A stretch of DNA of 64,000 nt, from positions 32,001-96,000 of the forward strand of contig CAWCAG010000005.1 in assembly GCA_963793425.1 (NCBI GenBank), in the 5' to 3' direction. Under the pieces are notes generated by a model, which saw only the letters and a program-made list of their open reading frames with translations, was not told the origin of the DNA and did not search any database. The position numbers and the translations under genes are program-made. Numbering within the stretch: the first letter of the stretch is position 1; every line of letters starts with the position of its first letter. This document shows positions 9,948 through 21,991 of this stretch, one piece after another. This DNA comes from an uncultured cyanobacterium. Lineage in GTDB: Bacteria; Cyanobacteriota; Cyanobacteriia; Cyanobacteriales; CAWCAG01.

Positions 9948-10622
9948 TCAATTTCCTTCAATTCTTTGTTGCACTCTCTGACGGGAAGAAGAAGAAGAAA
10001 AAGCTTCGTAAACAGTATACCAATTTGCTTTATCTACTACTCTAGGATAAAGCATTACTGCTACATCTTCTTGTTCTGCCGGGAATCTAAAAGCTGCAAT
10101 AATTTCTTTAACTTGGGCGACAGTAAAATAGCCGGCCCTGGCAGGTTGTGCTAAAAATTCCATTTGATTAGGGCGACTGCGCTTAAGTGCTGTGATAAAT
10201 TGAGCAAACTCCCTCTCATTCATCAAGACACCAACAGAAGTATCCCCAGGAAGATTACTTCCTTGATAACTACCTATAGCACTGTAGATACGGCGTACCC
10301 AATTAATAACTTCAGCCTGCTGATTAGTACTTACTCCTGCCACAATAATAGTGGCTTGGGTGGCTCTACCGGAAGTTATGCTACAATCAACCACAGCTTT
10401 CAGGTTACCTCTTGTACCAGTGGCAGAAACAGAACTTTTAGCTAAGTTACGAAAACCTTCATTCCTTAAAACAGCCTGTGCCAACTCCACGCAACCTTGA
10501 CTATTGGTATTTAACTGTAGGTAAGCATATTGTAACTCCGCAGCGGCGATCGCTCTTGTGGCAGTGCTTAATAAACTGAAGCTACAAGCGATCACTAAAG
10601 TTGGATAGAGATTTTTCATAAT
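9948..10622 (-). CDS. Secreted protein with C-terminal DUF4476-like domain
   Basis: Signal peptide; C-terminal FTVAQV..I...F...LYPRVVD.N...V..AF..SS pattern; start codon uncertain. Confidence 0.6.
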   Translation of the reverse strand: MMKNLYPTLVIACSFSLLSTATRAIAAAELQYAYLQLNTNSQGCVELAQAVLRNEGFRNLAKSSVSATGTRGNLKAVVDCSITSGRATQATIIVAGVSTNQQAEVINWVRRIYSAIGSYQGSNLPGDTSVGVLMNEREFAQFITALKRSRPNQMEFLAQPARAGYFTVAQVKEIIAAFRFPAEQEDVAVMLYPRVVDKANWYTVYEAFSSSSSRQRVQQRIEGN

Positions 10623-10695
10623 GTCCTGTGAAAGTGTAGAGTATTTGAGACGAGTAGGCAATAGCGTTTGTTGCTAGGAAGGAAAGGCAAAGATT

Positions 10696-11514
10696 ATGAA
10701 GATTACTATTCTTGGCTGTGGTTATGTCGGTAAAGCTGTGGCAAATAAATGGAATGCTGCTGGGCATAATCTTACTGTTACGACAACCACCCCGGAAAAG
10801 GTGACAGAATTAGAAAAAGTTGCTCAGAAAGTAGTAGTTTTAAAAGGAGATGATCTTCCTGCCCTAACTAAACTAATTGCTGACCAAGAAACAATTCTTT
10901 TCAGTATTGGAGCAAAAAAACGTACCGTCGCCGCTTATCAAGAAGCCTATCTAAATACTGCGAAGAATTTAGTTACTGCCCTAGAAAATAGTTCTACAGT
11001 TAAACAGTTAATTTATACCGGAAGTTATGCTCTTTATGGTGATCAAAAAGGAGAGTGGATTGATGAAACTGCTCCCCTTGTCCCTGAAAATGAATATGGC
11101 CAGATATTAGCAGAAACAGAGCAAGTTTTATTGAATACTAACTTACCAGTCTGTATCTTCCGTTTAGGAGGAATTTACGGCCCTGGCAGAGAAATAATTA
11201 AAATTTTCCGTAGTTTGGCTGGCACGACTCGTCCTGGTACAGGAGAAGATGCAGCTAATTGGATTCATTTAGATGATATTGTCTCTGCTTTAGAATTAGC
11301 AAGAGCAAAGAAATTAGCGGGAATTTACAACTTGGTAAATGATGTTCCCTTAACTAAAAAACAGTTGTTAGACAAAATATGTAATAAACATGATTTAGCA
11401 CCCGTTAGCTGGTCTAATTCCCCTGATTATACAAGTCCTTATAATGCTCGGCTATCTAACCAAAAAATTAAAGATGCTGGTTTGAAATTAATACACCAGG
11501 AAACTGAGGTTTAG
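10696..11514 (+). CDS. NAD-dependent epimerase/dehydratase (atypical SDR)
   Basis: GCGYVG Rossmann motif, RLGGIYGPGR, NWIHLDD. Confidence 0.88.
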   Translation: MKITILGCGYVGKAVANKWNAAGHNLTVTTTTPEKVTELEKVAQKVVVLKGDDLPALTKLIADQETILFSIGAKKRTVAAYQEAYLNTAKNLVTALENSSTVKQLIYTGSYALYGDQKGEWIDETAPLVPENEYGQILAETEQVLLNTNLPVCIFRLGGIYGPGREIIKIFRSLAGTTRPGTGEDAANWIHLDDIVSALELARAKKLAGIYNLVNDVPLTKKQLLDKICNKHDLAPVSWSNSPDYTSPYNARLSNQKIKDAGLKLIHQETEV

Positions 11515-11680
11515 GAGCAATAAGTTGTGTTGTCAGGCATTTAATTTACTTATTGGGATTGACGGGGTGATGGGGAGCCAGGGAGCAAGTAAGCTTAAAA
11601 GGATAATCAAACTATCCGGACTAGCTATTTACTTTTAAGCATTATATTGGGTAGTTTAAAGAAAACCAACTTTTTAAATA

Positions 11681-12772
11681 ATGATTCGGGAAATACGCAT
11701 TGATAACTACAAATCTATCAAGCAACTTAAACTAAATTTAGGTAGAGTTACAGTTTTAATTGGTGAAAATGGTTGCGGTAAGACCAATATTTTAGAAGGT
11801 ATTGCCTTAGTTGCTGCTGCGGCTAGTGATAGATTAGACAATGAGTTTTTAAACTCTAGAGGTATCCGAGTCACAGAACCACAATTGATGCGTTCTGGTT
11901 TTGAAGCAAACCAAGGAACTCAAAATATTAAAATCTCTCTTTCTGGGGATAACAAATTAGAATTTAGCTGTTCTCTCCAAAATGATAATAAACCTTATTC
12001 CCAATGGATTAATCGCGAATCAAAAAAATTACATGACACAGTTTCTTTATTAAACTTTTTAGACCAGAAGTATCAAAACTTAGGAGGAAGCAGCGAAGAA
12101 TATAAAAGTATTTTAAGGCGGTTTTTACAGAAACAGCAGATGCTAGATAAGCTATCAGACTTGCAAAGATTTGTTGTCTATTCTCCTCAAAAACAAGAGT
12201 TACGTACCTTTGAAAAAGAAGAACAGCTTCAACCTTTAGGAATACATGGAGAAGGACTATTCAAACTGTTAACTGTCTTAAACTCCCACTCCAACCAAAC
12301 TAAACTAGAAGAAATTAAGCAGAAGCTTAAGCTAATATCTTGGTTTGAAGATTTTACTATTCCTTCCAATCTATCTCCCAATGAAAGAAAAATTGCTATT
12401 AAAGATAAATTCCTAGATGCAAATTTAGCTTACTTCGACCAAAAAAGTGCTAACGAAGGATTCCTCTTTCTACTTTTTTACTTTACCCTCTTCATTAGTA
12501 AAGAAACCCCTACATTTTTTGCTATTGATAATATTGACGCTTCTTTACATCCGAAACTATGTAGTCAGTTGATTAAAGAGTTGGTACAACTAGCCGTAAA
12601 AAATAATAAACAGGTAATTGTTACTGCTCATAATCCAGCGATTTTAACTGGCTTGGATCTTGATAATGATGAGCAGAGAATCGTAGTTGTTTACCGTAAC
12701 AATGCTGGCCATACTCAAACAAAACGTATCCTGAAGCCAAAAACTGCTGAAGCGAAAAAAAAGGCGAGCTAA
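11681..12772 (+). CDS. AAA_21/AAA_15-type ABC-like ATPase
   Basis: IDNYKSI, Walker A GENGCGKTN, SANEG signature, IDNIDASLHP, TAHNP. Confidence 0.85.
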   Translation: MIREIRIDNYKSIKQLKLNLGRVTVLIGENGCGKTNILEGIALVAAAASDRLDNEFLNSRGIRVTEPQLMRSGFEANQGTQNIKISLSGDNKLEFSCSLQNDNKPYSQWINRESKKLHDTVSLLNFLDQKYQNLGGSSEEYKSILRRFLQKQQMLDKLSDLQRFVVYSPQKQELRTFEKEEQLQPLGIHGEGLFKLLTVLNSHSNQTKLEEIKQKLKLISWFEDFTIPSNLSPNERKIAIKDKFLDANLAYFDQKSANEGFLFLLFYFTLFISKETPTFFAIDNIDASLHPKLCSQLIKELVQLAVKNNKQVIVTAHNPAILTGLDLDNDEQRIVVVYRNNAGHTQTKRILKPKTAEAKKKAS

Positions 12773-12806
12773 ATTGTTATTATTAATAACCAATATTTAA
12801 CGATAA

Positions 12807-14018
12807 ATGATTAAAATCGCTTACTTGGAATGCCCGACAGGAATTGCTGGGGATATGTGTTTGGGGGCTTTGGTTGATGTTGGTGTACCTTTACCTTACT
12901 TAACTGAACAATTAGAGGGTTTAGGTATTAAAGAAGAATACCAACTTAAAGCAGAGAAAGTTAAACACAATGGGCAAATTGGTACAAAAGTCCAGGTGAA
13001 TTTATGCCCTGAATCCTCAAGTAACCATCACCATCACCCTCCTGCCAGACATTTACCAGAAATTGAGAAAATGATTCACCAAGCAAACTTACCCTCACGG
13101 GTAACAGCTTGGAGTTTGCGAGTATTTCGCCAGTTAGCTGAGGCAGAAGGGGCAGTCCATGGAACTTCACCAGAGAAGGTACACTTCCATGAAGTAGGGG
13201 CAACAGATGCCCTGATAGATATTATTGGTACTTGCTTAGGTTTAGATTGGTTAGGCATTGAACATCTATATTGCTCTGCTTTACCCACTGGAGGGGGTAC
13301 TGTCAAAGCCGCCCACGGATTGCTCCCTGTACCTGTACCTGCGGTTTTGAAGCTTTGGGAAACACGCCAAGTACCAATTTATAGTAACGGCATCAATAAA
13401 GAGTTAGTCACCCCTACAGGGGCAGCGATCGCCGTAGCTTTAGCCACAGATTTTGGTTCTCCTCCCATGATGGAATTAGTGAAAGTAGGATTAGGAGCAG
13501 GTACTGCTCAATTACCCTTACCTAATTTACTACGTCTGTGGCTTGGCAATGTTGCCCAATCACCAAAAACAGACATTATCTCGGTTTTAGAAACCCAAAT
13601 TGATGATTTGAATCCTCAAGTTATTGGCTATGTATTTGAGGAATTATTTAAAGTGGGGGCTGTTGATGTTTTTAGCCAAGGAATTGGTATGAAAAAGTCT
13701 CGCCCTGGTATTCTTTTAACTGTTATTTGTCATCCTGAAAAAGTGGCAGTTTGTGAAGCGGTTTTATTTAAAGAAACCACTACTTTAGGTATTCGCCACC
13801 GCACCCAAGCAAGAAGTATTTTGTCAAGGGAAATTCAAGAAGTAAAAACAGCTTATGGTGTGGTGCGGGTTAAGGTAGCTAGTCAAGAAGTTAACGGAGC
13901 AAAAAAGATATTTAATATACAACCAGAGTATGAAGATTGCGCCCAATTAGCTAGAATGAATAACCAAACTTGGCTCACTATTCACCAAATGGCTTTAGAT
14001 GCTTGGTATAGCAAATAA
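12807..14018 (+). CDS. larC: Nickel pincer cofactor biosynthesis protein LarC
   Basis: GIAGDM, His-rich patch, [50 protein letters not shown]. Confidence 0.93.
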   Translation: MIKIAYLECPTGIAGDMCLGALVDVGVPLPYLTEQLEGLGIKEEYQLKAEKVKHNGQIGTKVQVNLCPESSSNHHHHPPARHLPEIEKMIHQANLPSRVTAWSLRVFRQLAEAEGAVHGTSPEKVHFHEVGATDALIDIIGTCLGLDWLGIEHLYCSALPTGGGTVKAAHGLLPVPVPAVLKLWETRQVPIYSNGINKELVTPTGAAIAVALATDFGSPPMMELVKVGLGAGTAQLPLPNLLRLWLGNVAQSPKTDIISVLETQIDDLNPQVIGYVFEELFKVGAVDVFSQGIGMKKSRPGILLTVICHPEKVAVCEAVLFKETTTLGIRHRTQARSILSREIQEVKTAYGVVRVKVASQEVNGAKKIFNIQPEYEDCAQLARMNNQTWLTIHQMALDAWYSK

Positions 14019-14052
14019 TTTAAAGATTCTGTCACCTTAATTAGGAGAAAGT

Positions 14053-14676
14053 TTAGTTCTGTCGCTTCTTGATCATAGTACTAAAAGTTCCCAGAGCAAT
14101 TAGTCCTAATATTGAACTAGGTTCTGGGACAGAAGTATTAGGAGGATAATCTTCCCAAGCTTTAATAGAAGTGAAAGCATTAGGAGAAAAGACAGTAACA
14201 CCTGGTGCTAAATTAAGCAAAACTAAACCAGTAGAACTAATTTCTGGAGGTAAATCTTCCGATGTCCAACTATCTTGACTATAATTAAAGAGTGCCAAAG
14301 ATTGATAATTATCTGGATAATTAGGATCGAAATCTTCAAAACCATCGAAGATAAGTACATCTGTGGTAATTCCCGAAGAATTCTCAAAATTATCCGCTAC
14401 AACTAGGGAATTATTTAAACCAGTGAAAATTTTCTCCCCTACAAATATTTCAAAAGATAGACTTGCTTTTTGATATAAACTACCAAAGTTTGTTACTACA
14501 GGAGCTACAGAATTATTAAAAATAAAGTTACCTTTAACTAACTCTCCAGTATTGAAGTTGTTAAAATTAAACTCCAAACTAAAAATAGCTGCTTGAACTG
14601 GAGTTATGGTTAAGCTTATCAAAGCCACCAAGGTAGTTACAATAGTAGTAACTGAAAAACTATTTCTTAAGCTCAT
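14053..14676 (-). CDS. PEP-CTERM surface protein
   Basis: Signal peptide ending VQA; C-terminal SVPEPSSILGL + basic tail. Confidence 0.85.
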   Translation of the reverse strand: MSLRNSFSVTTIVTTLVALISLTITPVQAAIFSLEFNFNNFNTGELVKGNFIFNNSVAPVVTNFGSLYQKASLSFEIFVGEKIFTGLNNSLVVADNFENSSGITTDVLIFDGFEDFDPNYPDNYQSLALFNYSQDSWTSEDLPPEISSTGLVLLNLAPGVTVFSPNAFTSIKAWEDYPPNTSVPEPSSILGLIALGTFSTMIKKRQN

Positions 14677-14956
14677 GACATTATTATTCCCGGCGTAGTT
14701 GAGATGCTGACAAGAAGATGATGATTTGCGTGCTGAGGTAGATTCCCTTAATTAAGGTATGAGATGCAGCCAGTTATGGAGATTTTCTTCACCTTAACTT
14801 CTAGATACAACTTTCTTTCCTTAATTCTTTTGTGATAGTTGCATAATCTAAAAGCAAAGAAAGAATCGGCGCTCAGATTGCGATTGCCACCTTGTTTATT
14901 TATTCAAACAAATTTTTTAGGTATAGAGAAAAATAATTTCTCAAGCATTAATTTAT

Positions 14957-15850
14957 TTAGTTAATTAACTCAACAAACTGACTAACCACTCCGACAAATT
15001 CTGAGGTTGACTCGTAGGGGAGTACATTGCGCCCTGATATTTGTTTACCTTCACTGTTAGGAAAATGTTTCAGGTAAGCTTCTAAGCGTTGTGCTGGGGT
15101 TTCGGTAAATCCTTCCCGACTAATACTAGAAGCCTGTTTTCCCATCACAACTAAAGTTGGTTGATTAATCTGGGCAATTGATTGAGAATAATCCTGTCGC
15201 CAAAATCCTGAGAGGAAAGAAAAAACTGCATGGCGACTAGCAAGATTTTGAGATCCTTCTTTTAAAGTATTTAACCATTCTTCATCTACAGCCTCTGATG
15301 CAGCAAAAAGTTGGCGTATAGAAAAAGACTGCAAAAATTGGCGACGACGGGCATAACGATAAAAAGCATTGCCAAAAGGAGAAGCAAACAAATTCCAAGC
15401 TAGGCGCTGTTGCAGAGATTGCTTATCCTCGCTAATTAATCTCCAAGCTGGAGGCCCTGAAAAAATTAGCCCTTTGATTAATTCTGGTCGTTTCTCAACT
15501 AAGGCGATCCCTACAGGTAATAAAGCTCCTTGACAGACAAGTATAACAGGAGTTTTCACCACAGTTTGCACAAAATAGCCCAACTGTTCTGCCCAATCTT
15601 CAGGATAGTAAGCGAAATAGGGCATAGCACTATCTCCGCAACCAAGTAAGTCAGGATTATAGAGGGCATTTCCCAAACCAGTTTTGAGCCAAGCATCGCC
15701 AAAACGCTGCCAAAAAAGGCGAGATAAGCCAACACCAATAGGGTGGAGTAAAAGCAGAGCTGGTTTGTTGTGGTTAACAACTGTGGGCTTATGGATTTCG
15801 TAAGCACAAGAAAAACCAAGCCAATCATAAAAACTAGTTGAAGAAGTCAT
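14957..15850 (-). CDS. Alpha/beta hydrolase fold protein
   Basis: LLLHPIGVG, PDLLGCGDS, PTLVVMG, GRNVLPYE (lacks the canonical Ser and His). Confidence 0.8.
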   Translation of the reverse strand: MTSSTSFYDWLGFSCAYEIHKPTVVNHNKPALLLLHPIGVGLSRLFWQRFGDAWLKTGLGNALYNPDLLGCGDSAMPYFAYYPEDWAEQLGYFVQTVVKTPVILVCQGALLPVGIALVEKRPELIKGLIFSGPPAWRLISEDKQSLQQRLAWNLFASPFGNAFYRYARRRQFLQSFSIRQLFAASEAVDEEWLNTLKEGSQNLASRHAVFSFLSGFWRQDYSQSIAQINQPTLVVMGKQASSISREGFTETPAQRLEAYLKHFPNSEGKQISGRNVLPYESTSEFVGVVSQFVELIN

Positions 15851-15947
15851 TGTTTTTCTTCCCTATTTATTCTCTATAGTCTTCTAACTTTATCTGTATG
15901 TCTAGGAAAAACTATCTTAAAATTTTCTGTATATAGAGGAATGAATA

Positions 15948-16997
15948 ATGCTAAAAAAATTAAAACTCGGAGTCAAATTCACTTTGGTTTTAGGGTTCAT
16001 TTTTATTGTAGGAACTAGTTTAAGTTATACTGTATTGACTCAAACCCAAGAGCTAGCTGCCCAAAAGATAGTTAAAGAACAGGCTATTCTACTTATGGAT
16101 ACCATGAGTGCTTTAAGAGATTTTCATAGCACACAAATTAGTCCTTTAATCAAACCTCGCTTAGAAAGTAGTCCAGAATTTATTCCTGAAGTCATTCCTA
16201 GTTTTACTGTCAGACAGGTATTTGAAGAATTCCGCCAAAAAGAAGAGTACCTTCATTATCTCTATAAAGATGCAACCTTAAACCCTACTAACTTGCGAGA
16301 TAAAGCTGATCAATTTGAGGCTAAATTGGTAGGAGATTTTCGTCAAGATTCAGAACTTAAAGAATTATATGGATTTCGCCCCCTCAAACAAGAAAAATTA
16401 TTTTATATAGCTCGTCCTTTAAAAATCACTAAAGCCAATTGCTTAGTTTGTCACAATACTCCAGAAGAAGCACCAGCAAGTTTAATTAAAACCTATGGCT
16501 CAGAAAATGGCTTTGGTTGGAAACTAAATGAAATTATTGGCGCACAAACTATTTATATTCCTGCTAGTGATATTTTCGCCTTAGCAAGAAGAAATGGTTT
16601 AGTTGCCATAGCCACTTTCATGGTAATTTTCACCCTGGTTTTGTTAGTTATTAATAGCTTACTGAAACGAACTGTAGTTGAACCTCTAAAACCCATGGCT
16701 AGTTTAGCCCAACAAATGGTAACTCGTGAAGATTCTTCTGCCCCAGAAAAAGTAGGAGATGAAGTTGATCTAGAAAAGCTGAGTAAAATAGCGAAACGTT
16801 ATGATGAACTAGGGCAGTTAGCCAAAATTTTCCAGCAAATGGCCTATGCTATTCACTCCCGCGAACAAGGCTTTGTCCAAAAGTTGCAAGCCCTCTTAGA
16901 AGCAGACAAAACCAATACCGAGTCTCTCTCTCAAAAAGATAAGCTACAAAGACTTTTAGCTAGATCGAAAGGACTTCGCCATAACTCTAAATCTTAA
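15948..16997 (+). CDS. DUF3365 (Tll0287-like) c-type heme sensor domain + HAMP protein
   Basis: Two TM helices, YKDATLNPTN, heme motif CLVCH, YG..NGFGWKL, HAMP DELGQLA..FQQM. Confidence 0.85.
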   Translation: MLKKLKLGVKFTLVLGFIFIVGTSLSYTVLTQTQELAAQKIVKEQAILLMDTMSALRDFHSTQISPLIKPRLESSPEFIPEVIPSFTVRQVFEEFRQKEEYLHYLYKDATLNPTNLRDKADQFEAKLVGDFRQDSELKELYGFRPLKQEKLFYIARPLKITKANCLVCHNTPEEAPASLIKTYGSENGFGWKLNEIIGAQTIYIPASDIFALARRNGLVAIATFMVIFTLVLLVINSLLKRTVVEPLKPMASLAQQMVTREDSSAPEKVGDEVDLEKLSKIAKRYDELGQLAKIFQQMAYAIHSREQGFVQKLQALLEADKTNTESLSQKDKLQRLLARSKGLRHNSKS

Positions 16998-17001
16998 CCT
17001 G

Positions 17002-17523
17002 CTAATTGTTAATTTTTAATTCAATAGAATTAGCCAACTCCGAAGCCACACGAGCAGTATAAGGTTTAATCAGCCACCAAAGTAAAGGAGACAACCAACC
17101 GCGTAAAGTAACTGAGTAAGAAATATAAGTACCACAAAGAGTTGATTCTATTTGGTAAGTTATACGCTGTTCCACACCAGGAAGAGCTAAAACTCGGAAA
17201 CTAAGAAATTCCCTAGGGCAAACCCTTTCCACAAAAATTCTGACCGGAATAGGGGTGAAGCGAGTCACGACCTGATAAATAATACCCGGTTTAGCAGCTA
17301 AGCCCCAAGGAGCATTACTCTGGTTAATCAGAGGATGCCAAGATACATCAGCTAAGTTAACTATCTTTTGCCACAAAATATCTACTGGGGCTTTACTTAA
17401 AGCTCTGTAAGTCTTGTAGAGGAAGAATTTGTTATTGTACTTACCTTGATTCCTCAAAAAACCGAAAGAAAAATTTAGAATAACAATACCCCCTAAGTTT
17501 GCTCTCAAATTCAGATAACTCAC
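17002..17523 (-). CDS. SRPBCC family protein
   Basis: LWQKIVNLADVSWHP...YSVTLRGWLSP; start uncertain. Confidence 0.7.
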   Translation of the reverse strand: MSYLNLRANLGGIVILNFSFGFLRNQGKYNNKFFLYKTYRALSKAPVDILWQKIVNLADVSWHPLINQSNAPWGLAAKPGIIYQVVTRFTPIPVRIFVERVCPREFLSFRVLALPGVEQRITYQIESTLCGTYISYSVTLRGWLSPLLWWLIKPYTARVASELANSIELKINN

Positions 17524-17741
17524 ACATTTTATGAAGAACTATAGCTAAAATTGTTTTCTTGCTCAAAAATTCTTCATAAAGAATTTTTGACTCTTTAAAA
17601 AACTAGGGACATAACAGCGTTTAGATTTAGACCCAGTGAATGCTAAACTTCTCAACAGAGGTATGGAATCATCAATAAAATTAGAGCGAAGATACCCACC
17701 TGCCCCATTCTTTTTCTCTTGCAGTATGTTGAATTGAAATT

Positions 17742-18785
17742 ATGACAGCTATTCAAACAGACTTAAAAACTTCTACCACATCTAATGCTTCGACACCACC
17801 GGCTAATTCCCAAAAAAGAGTTAGCCAATTTATGCAGCAACTCCAAGATAAAATCTGTAAAAAACTTGAAGAAGCTGATGGTGGCAGCAAATTTGCTGAA
17901 GATAGTTGGCAAAGAGAAGAAGGTGGCGGAGGACGTTCCCGCGTCATTAGAGAGGGAAATGTCCTAGAACAAGGAGGAGTAAACTTTTCTGAAGTTTGGG
18001 GTGAAAACTTGCCTTCCTCCATTTTAAAACAGCGTCCAGAGGCAAAAGGACACGGTTTTTATGCCACCGGAACCTCAATGGTTTTACATCCTCGTAATCC
18101 TTATGTTCCTACAGTCCACCTCAACTACCGCTATTTTGAAGCGGGACCTGTATGGTGGTTTGGTGGGGGAGTAGACTTAACCCCCTACTATCCCTTCGCT
18201 GAAGATGTTGCCCATTTCCATCGTACTTTAAAATCAGCTTGCGATCGCCATAATCCTGCCTATTATTCAGTCTTTAAACCCTGGTGTGACGAATATTTTT
18301 ATCTCAAGCATCGCCAGGAAACCAGAGGGGTAGGAGGATTATTCTTTGACTATCAAAGTGGTACAGGAGAGTTGTATCATGGACCAAATCCAGAAGGTAA
18401 AGCCGCAGAAACAAGTAAACAAATTGGCTCAATTCCCCAGCGCAATTGGGAGGACTTGTTTAAGTTTGTTCAGGGTTGCGGTCAAGCTTTCTTACCAGCC
18501 TATGTTCCCATCATCGAAAAGCGCCAAGCCAAAGAATACGGTGAAAGGGAACGGAATTTTCAACTCTATCGTCGGGGACGTTACGTAGAATTTAACTTAG
18601 TTTATGACAGAGGAACTATCTTTGGCTTACAAACAAATGGACGTACAGAATCAATTCTAATGTCTTTACCACCCTTAGTACGTTGGGAATATAATTATCA
18701 TCCTGAACCAAATACCCCAGAAGCCCAATTGTATAATACCTTTCTTAAACCCCAAGAATGGGTTGATTGGACACCATCTACATAA
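17742..18785 (+). CDS. hemF: Oxygen-dependent coproporphyrinogen III oxidase
   Basis: [53 protein letters not shown]. Confidence 0.97.
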   Translation: MTAIQTDLKTSTTSNASTPPANSQKRVSQFMQQLQDKICKKLEEADGGSKFAEDSWQREEGGGGRSRVIREGNVLEQGGVNFSEVWGENLPSSILKQRPEAKGHGFYATGTSMVLHPRNPYVPTVHLNYRYFEAGPVWWFGGGVDLTPYYPFAEDVAHFHRTLKSACDRHNPAYYSVFKPWCDEYFYLKHRQETRGVGGLFFDYQSGTGELYHGPNPEGKAAETSKQIGSIPQRNWEDLFKFVQGCGQAFLPAYVPIIEKRQAKEYGERERNFQLYRRGRYVEFNLVYDRGTIFGLQTNGRTESILMSLPPLVRWEYNYHPEPNTPEAQLYNTFLKPQEWVDWTPST

Positions 18786-18967
18786 AAATGTTCTAAGTTA
18801 AAATACAAAGTACAATAAGCGATTGACATGCCAGGGTGATGGCTTTGACCCTTAATTTCCCACAGGGTTAGTATCAAAAAGATGTCAGAGATTCAATCGT
18901 TGTCGAGAAAAGTAACTCTCAATTGTTCTAAATTTTGAATTTAAAGAGTTACTGTTGTTAGGAGGTA

Positions 18968-19333
18968 TTGGTGATTCAAATCGAGCAGAAAAGTCATACA
19001 ACCGAAGATGGTACAACTGTCATCGTACTGGCACCAAGCGGTCGTCTAGATATAACAACGGCTTGGCAGTTCCGTCTAAAGTTGCAAGAGTGTATTAATA
19101 AATTCAGCCCTCATGTAGTTGTTAATCTTAGTCAAGTTAACTTTATTGATAGTTCTGGTTTAACTTCCCTAGTAGCAGGAATGAGGGATGCTGACAGAGT
19201 TAAGGGTAGTTTTAGGATCTGTAGTGTTCATCCCGAAGCCAAATTGGTGTTTGAGGTGACCATGATGGATTCAGTATTTGATATTTTTGAAACTGAGGAA
19301 GAAGCTATTAATACAGTGCCGACGAAAAAATAA
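18968..19333 (+). CDS. STAS-domain anti-sigma factor antagonist
   Basis: GRLD, VNFIDSSGL; real start probably GTG at 18971. Confidence 0.9.
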   Translation: MVIQIEQKSHTTEDGTTVIVLAPSGRLDITTAWQFRLKLQECINKFSPHVVVNLSQVNFIDSSGLTSLVAGMRDADRVKGSFRICSVHPEAKLVFEVTMMDSVFDIFETEEEAINTVPTKK

Positions 19334-19364
19334 CCAATCAGCTTACCGAAGCTAAAGAGACAAC

Positions 19365-19979
19365 TCACAAAGAGAAGTCCTGGCGTTTTTGAAAGCGAAA
19401 AGGTTCCATCAATGCCCCCCAAGTTGCTTTGCCAGTTTGGGGGTCTATTCCTTTGTCATGAATTTCTAACTCTTTTGGGGTTGCCCTAAAACCAAGGGAA
19501 ATACAATAGGTTTTTCCTTCATAAGTAAAGCTACAAGGGATATCTGTAGGGTTGGTGGCGCTAAATTGGTAGTTAGTGGAGTCGGTTGTTTCTGTCTGTA
19601 CTGTGAGGCGACAACCAGGTAAAAATTCTATTTCTGATGGGGTAATTTTCTTAAGTAACTCAGGATTACTCCCCCCACCCAAAAACTTATTAATATCTTT
19701 TAACATATAGTATTGAACTTCTAGGGTAGGAGAATCGCCATCTTGCCTCAAGCGCAAAATCCGAGGGCGATAGGGCTTATCTGGGTTAAGCATATTAACC
19801 TGCTCAGCAAAAAGAGTAATACTATCTTCAGTAAATAAAGGTACTGGTCTTTTCCAAAGCCGTAAATGAACAAACCAGGCAGGATTGCTTAGGGCTTGTT
19901 GGCGGTTATCAAATTCCCCAGCTAAGTAGCGCCCTAGAGTAGAAAGTTCAGGATTCATAGTAATTGAAGAGTTCAGCAA
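19365..19979 (-). CDS. cpcT: Phycobiliprotein lyase, CpcT/CpeT family
   Basis: LAGEFDNRQQA..NP.WFVH, PYRPR, LPGC, DKGID...WG. Confidence 0.85.
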   Translation of the reverse strand: MLNSSITMNPELSTLGRYLAGEFDNRQQALSNPAWFVHLRLWKRPVPLFTEDSITLFAEQVNMLNPDKPYRPRILRLRQDGDSPTLEVQYYMLKDINKFLGGGSNPELLKKITPSEIEFLPGCRLTVQTETTDSTNYQFSATNPTDIPCSFTYEGKTYCISLGFRATPKELEIHDKGIDPQTGKATWGALMEPFRFQKRQDFSL

Positions 19980-20100
19980 ACATCTTTAATTAGAGTACTT
20001 AAGTTGCCAATGATAAATGTTTAATGATAAATGCTTTTCCCCTTGGCAAACGTCTCCATACGCGGGACAATGAGATCATCTTTTCTTTATAACCTGCTTT

Positions 20101-20847
20101 GTGGATAAAGTTCGCACTCTCTCAGATACCAAGCGAAAATTCTATACCATTCATACTCGCCCGATTAACTCTATTTATAGGCGGGTAGTAGAGGAGTTGA
20201 TGGTAGAAATGCATTTACTCTCGGTTAACGTTGACTTTCGTTATAATCCCATTTACGCTCTAGGCGTTGTCACCTCCTTTGACCGTTTTATGGAAGGTTA
20301 TCGACCCCAAAGCGATAAAGAGTCTATTTTTAAAGCTCTTTGTCAAGCAGTGGGGGACAATCCTGAAAACTATAGGCAAGACGCTACAAGTTTGAAAGCT
20401 CTGAGCGACAAAATGTCTGGCGAGGATTTAATAACTTGGCTAGATTCTCCTACCCCCATAGATGGCCTCAATGACATAGATAACCAAGTTCGAGAAGTAG
20501 CCCAAAATTCTCAATTCAAATATAGTCGTCTGTTTGCTATTGGTTTGTATACTCTCCTTGAACAAGGGAACTCAGAATTGCTGAAGGAACAGAAGCAGCG
20601 AGATGAGTTCCTCCAAAAAGTTGGCGAAGCTTTGAATCTTCCTGCTGAAAAAATGCTCAAAGATTTAGATTTATATCGCGGCAACTTAGATAAAATGACC
20701 CAGGTACAAGCTGCTATTGAGGATACCTTGAAAGCAGGTCGCAAACAAAAAGAAAGACGCGCTCAAGAAAAACAAGCGAAAGAAGAAGCCAAAAACCAGG
20801 AAGATTCTTCACCAGAAGAATCTTCTGAGGCTAATGAAGGAGAATAA
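20101..20847 (+). CDS. psb29: Photosystem II biogenesis protein Psb29/Thf1
   Basis: RTLSDTKR.F...RPINSIYRRVVEELMVEMHLL, KYSRLFAIGL, KDLDLYR.NL. Confidence 0.95.
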   Translation: MDKVRTLSDTKRKFYTIHTRPINSIYRRVVEELMVEMHLLSVNVDFRYNPIYALGVVTSFDRFMEGYRPQSDKESIFKALCQAVGDNPENYRQDATSLKALSDKMSGEDLITWLDSPTPIDGLNDIDNQVREVAQNSQFKYSRLFAIGLYTLLEQGNSELLKEQKQRDEFLQKVGEALNLPAEKMLKDLDLYRGNLDKMTQVQAAIEDTLKAGRKQKERRAQEKQAKEEAKNQEDSSPEESSEANEGE

Positions 20848-20857
20848 TTTAAGTCCT

Positions 20858-21175
20858 TTAAAGAAAAGGCTGTAAGCGCTGCATTAACTGCGGTGCTGAC
20901 AAAGCTCCTTCAATGCGCTCTGTGGGTTGGCTACCTTGGAACAAAACCAGAGTAGGTAGGGCGTGGACTTGATATTGGGATGCCAAGCGAGGATATTTCT
21001 CTGTATCAATTTTGACAACTTGCAGGCGACCTTTGAGTTGAGTACTAACTTCTTCTAAAATAGGAGCCATCATCTGACAAGGGCCACACCAAGTTGCATA
21101 AAAATCTACCAATACTGGTACATCGGAACCAGCAAGAAGTTCCTGGAAACTAGAAAACTTTTTTTTGACAGCCAT
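20858..21175 (-). CDS. Thioredoxin (y-type-like N-terminus)
   Basis: VLVDFYATWCGPC active site. Confidence 0.93.
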   Translation of the reverse strand: MAVKKKFSSFQELLAGSDVPVLVDFYATWCGPCQMMAPILEEVSTQLKGRLQVVKIDTEKYPRLASQYQVHALPTLVLFQGSQPTERIEGALSAPQLMQRLQPFL

Positions 21176-21207
21176 GGGATTTTAGTTAGTCAGTTATCAA
21201 TTACTAG

Positions 21208-21981
<774 letters not shown>

Positions 21982-21991
21982 GGTGTTTGAA

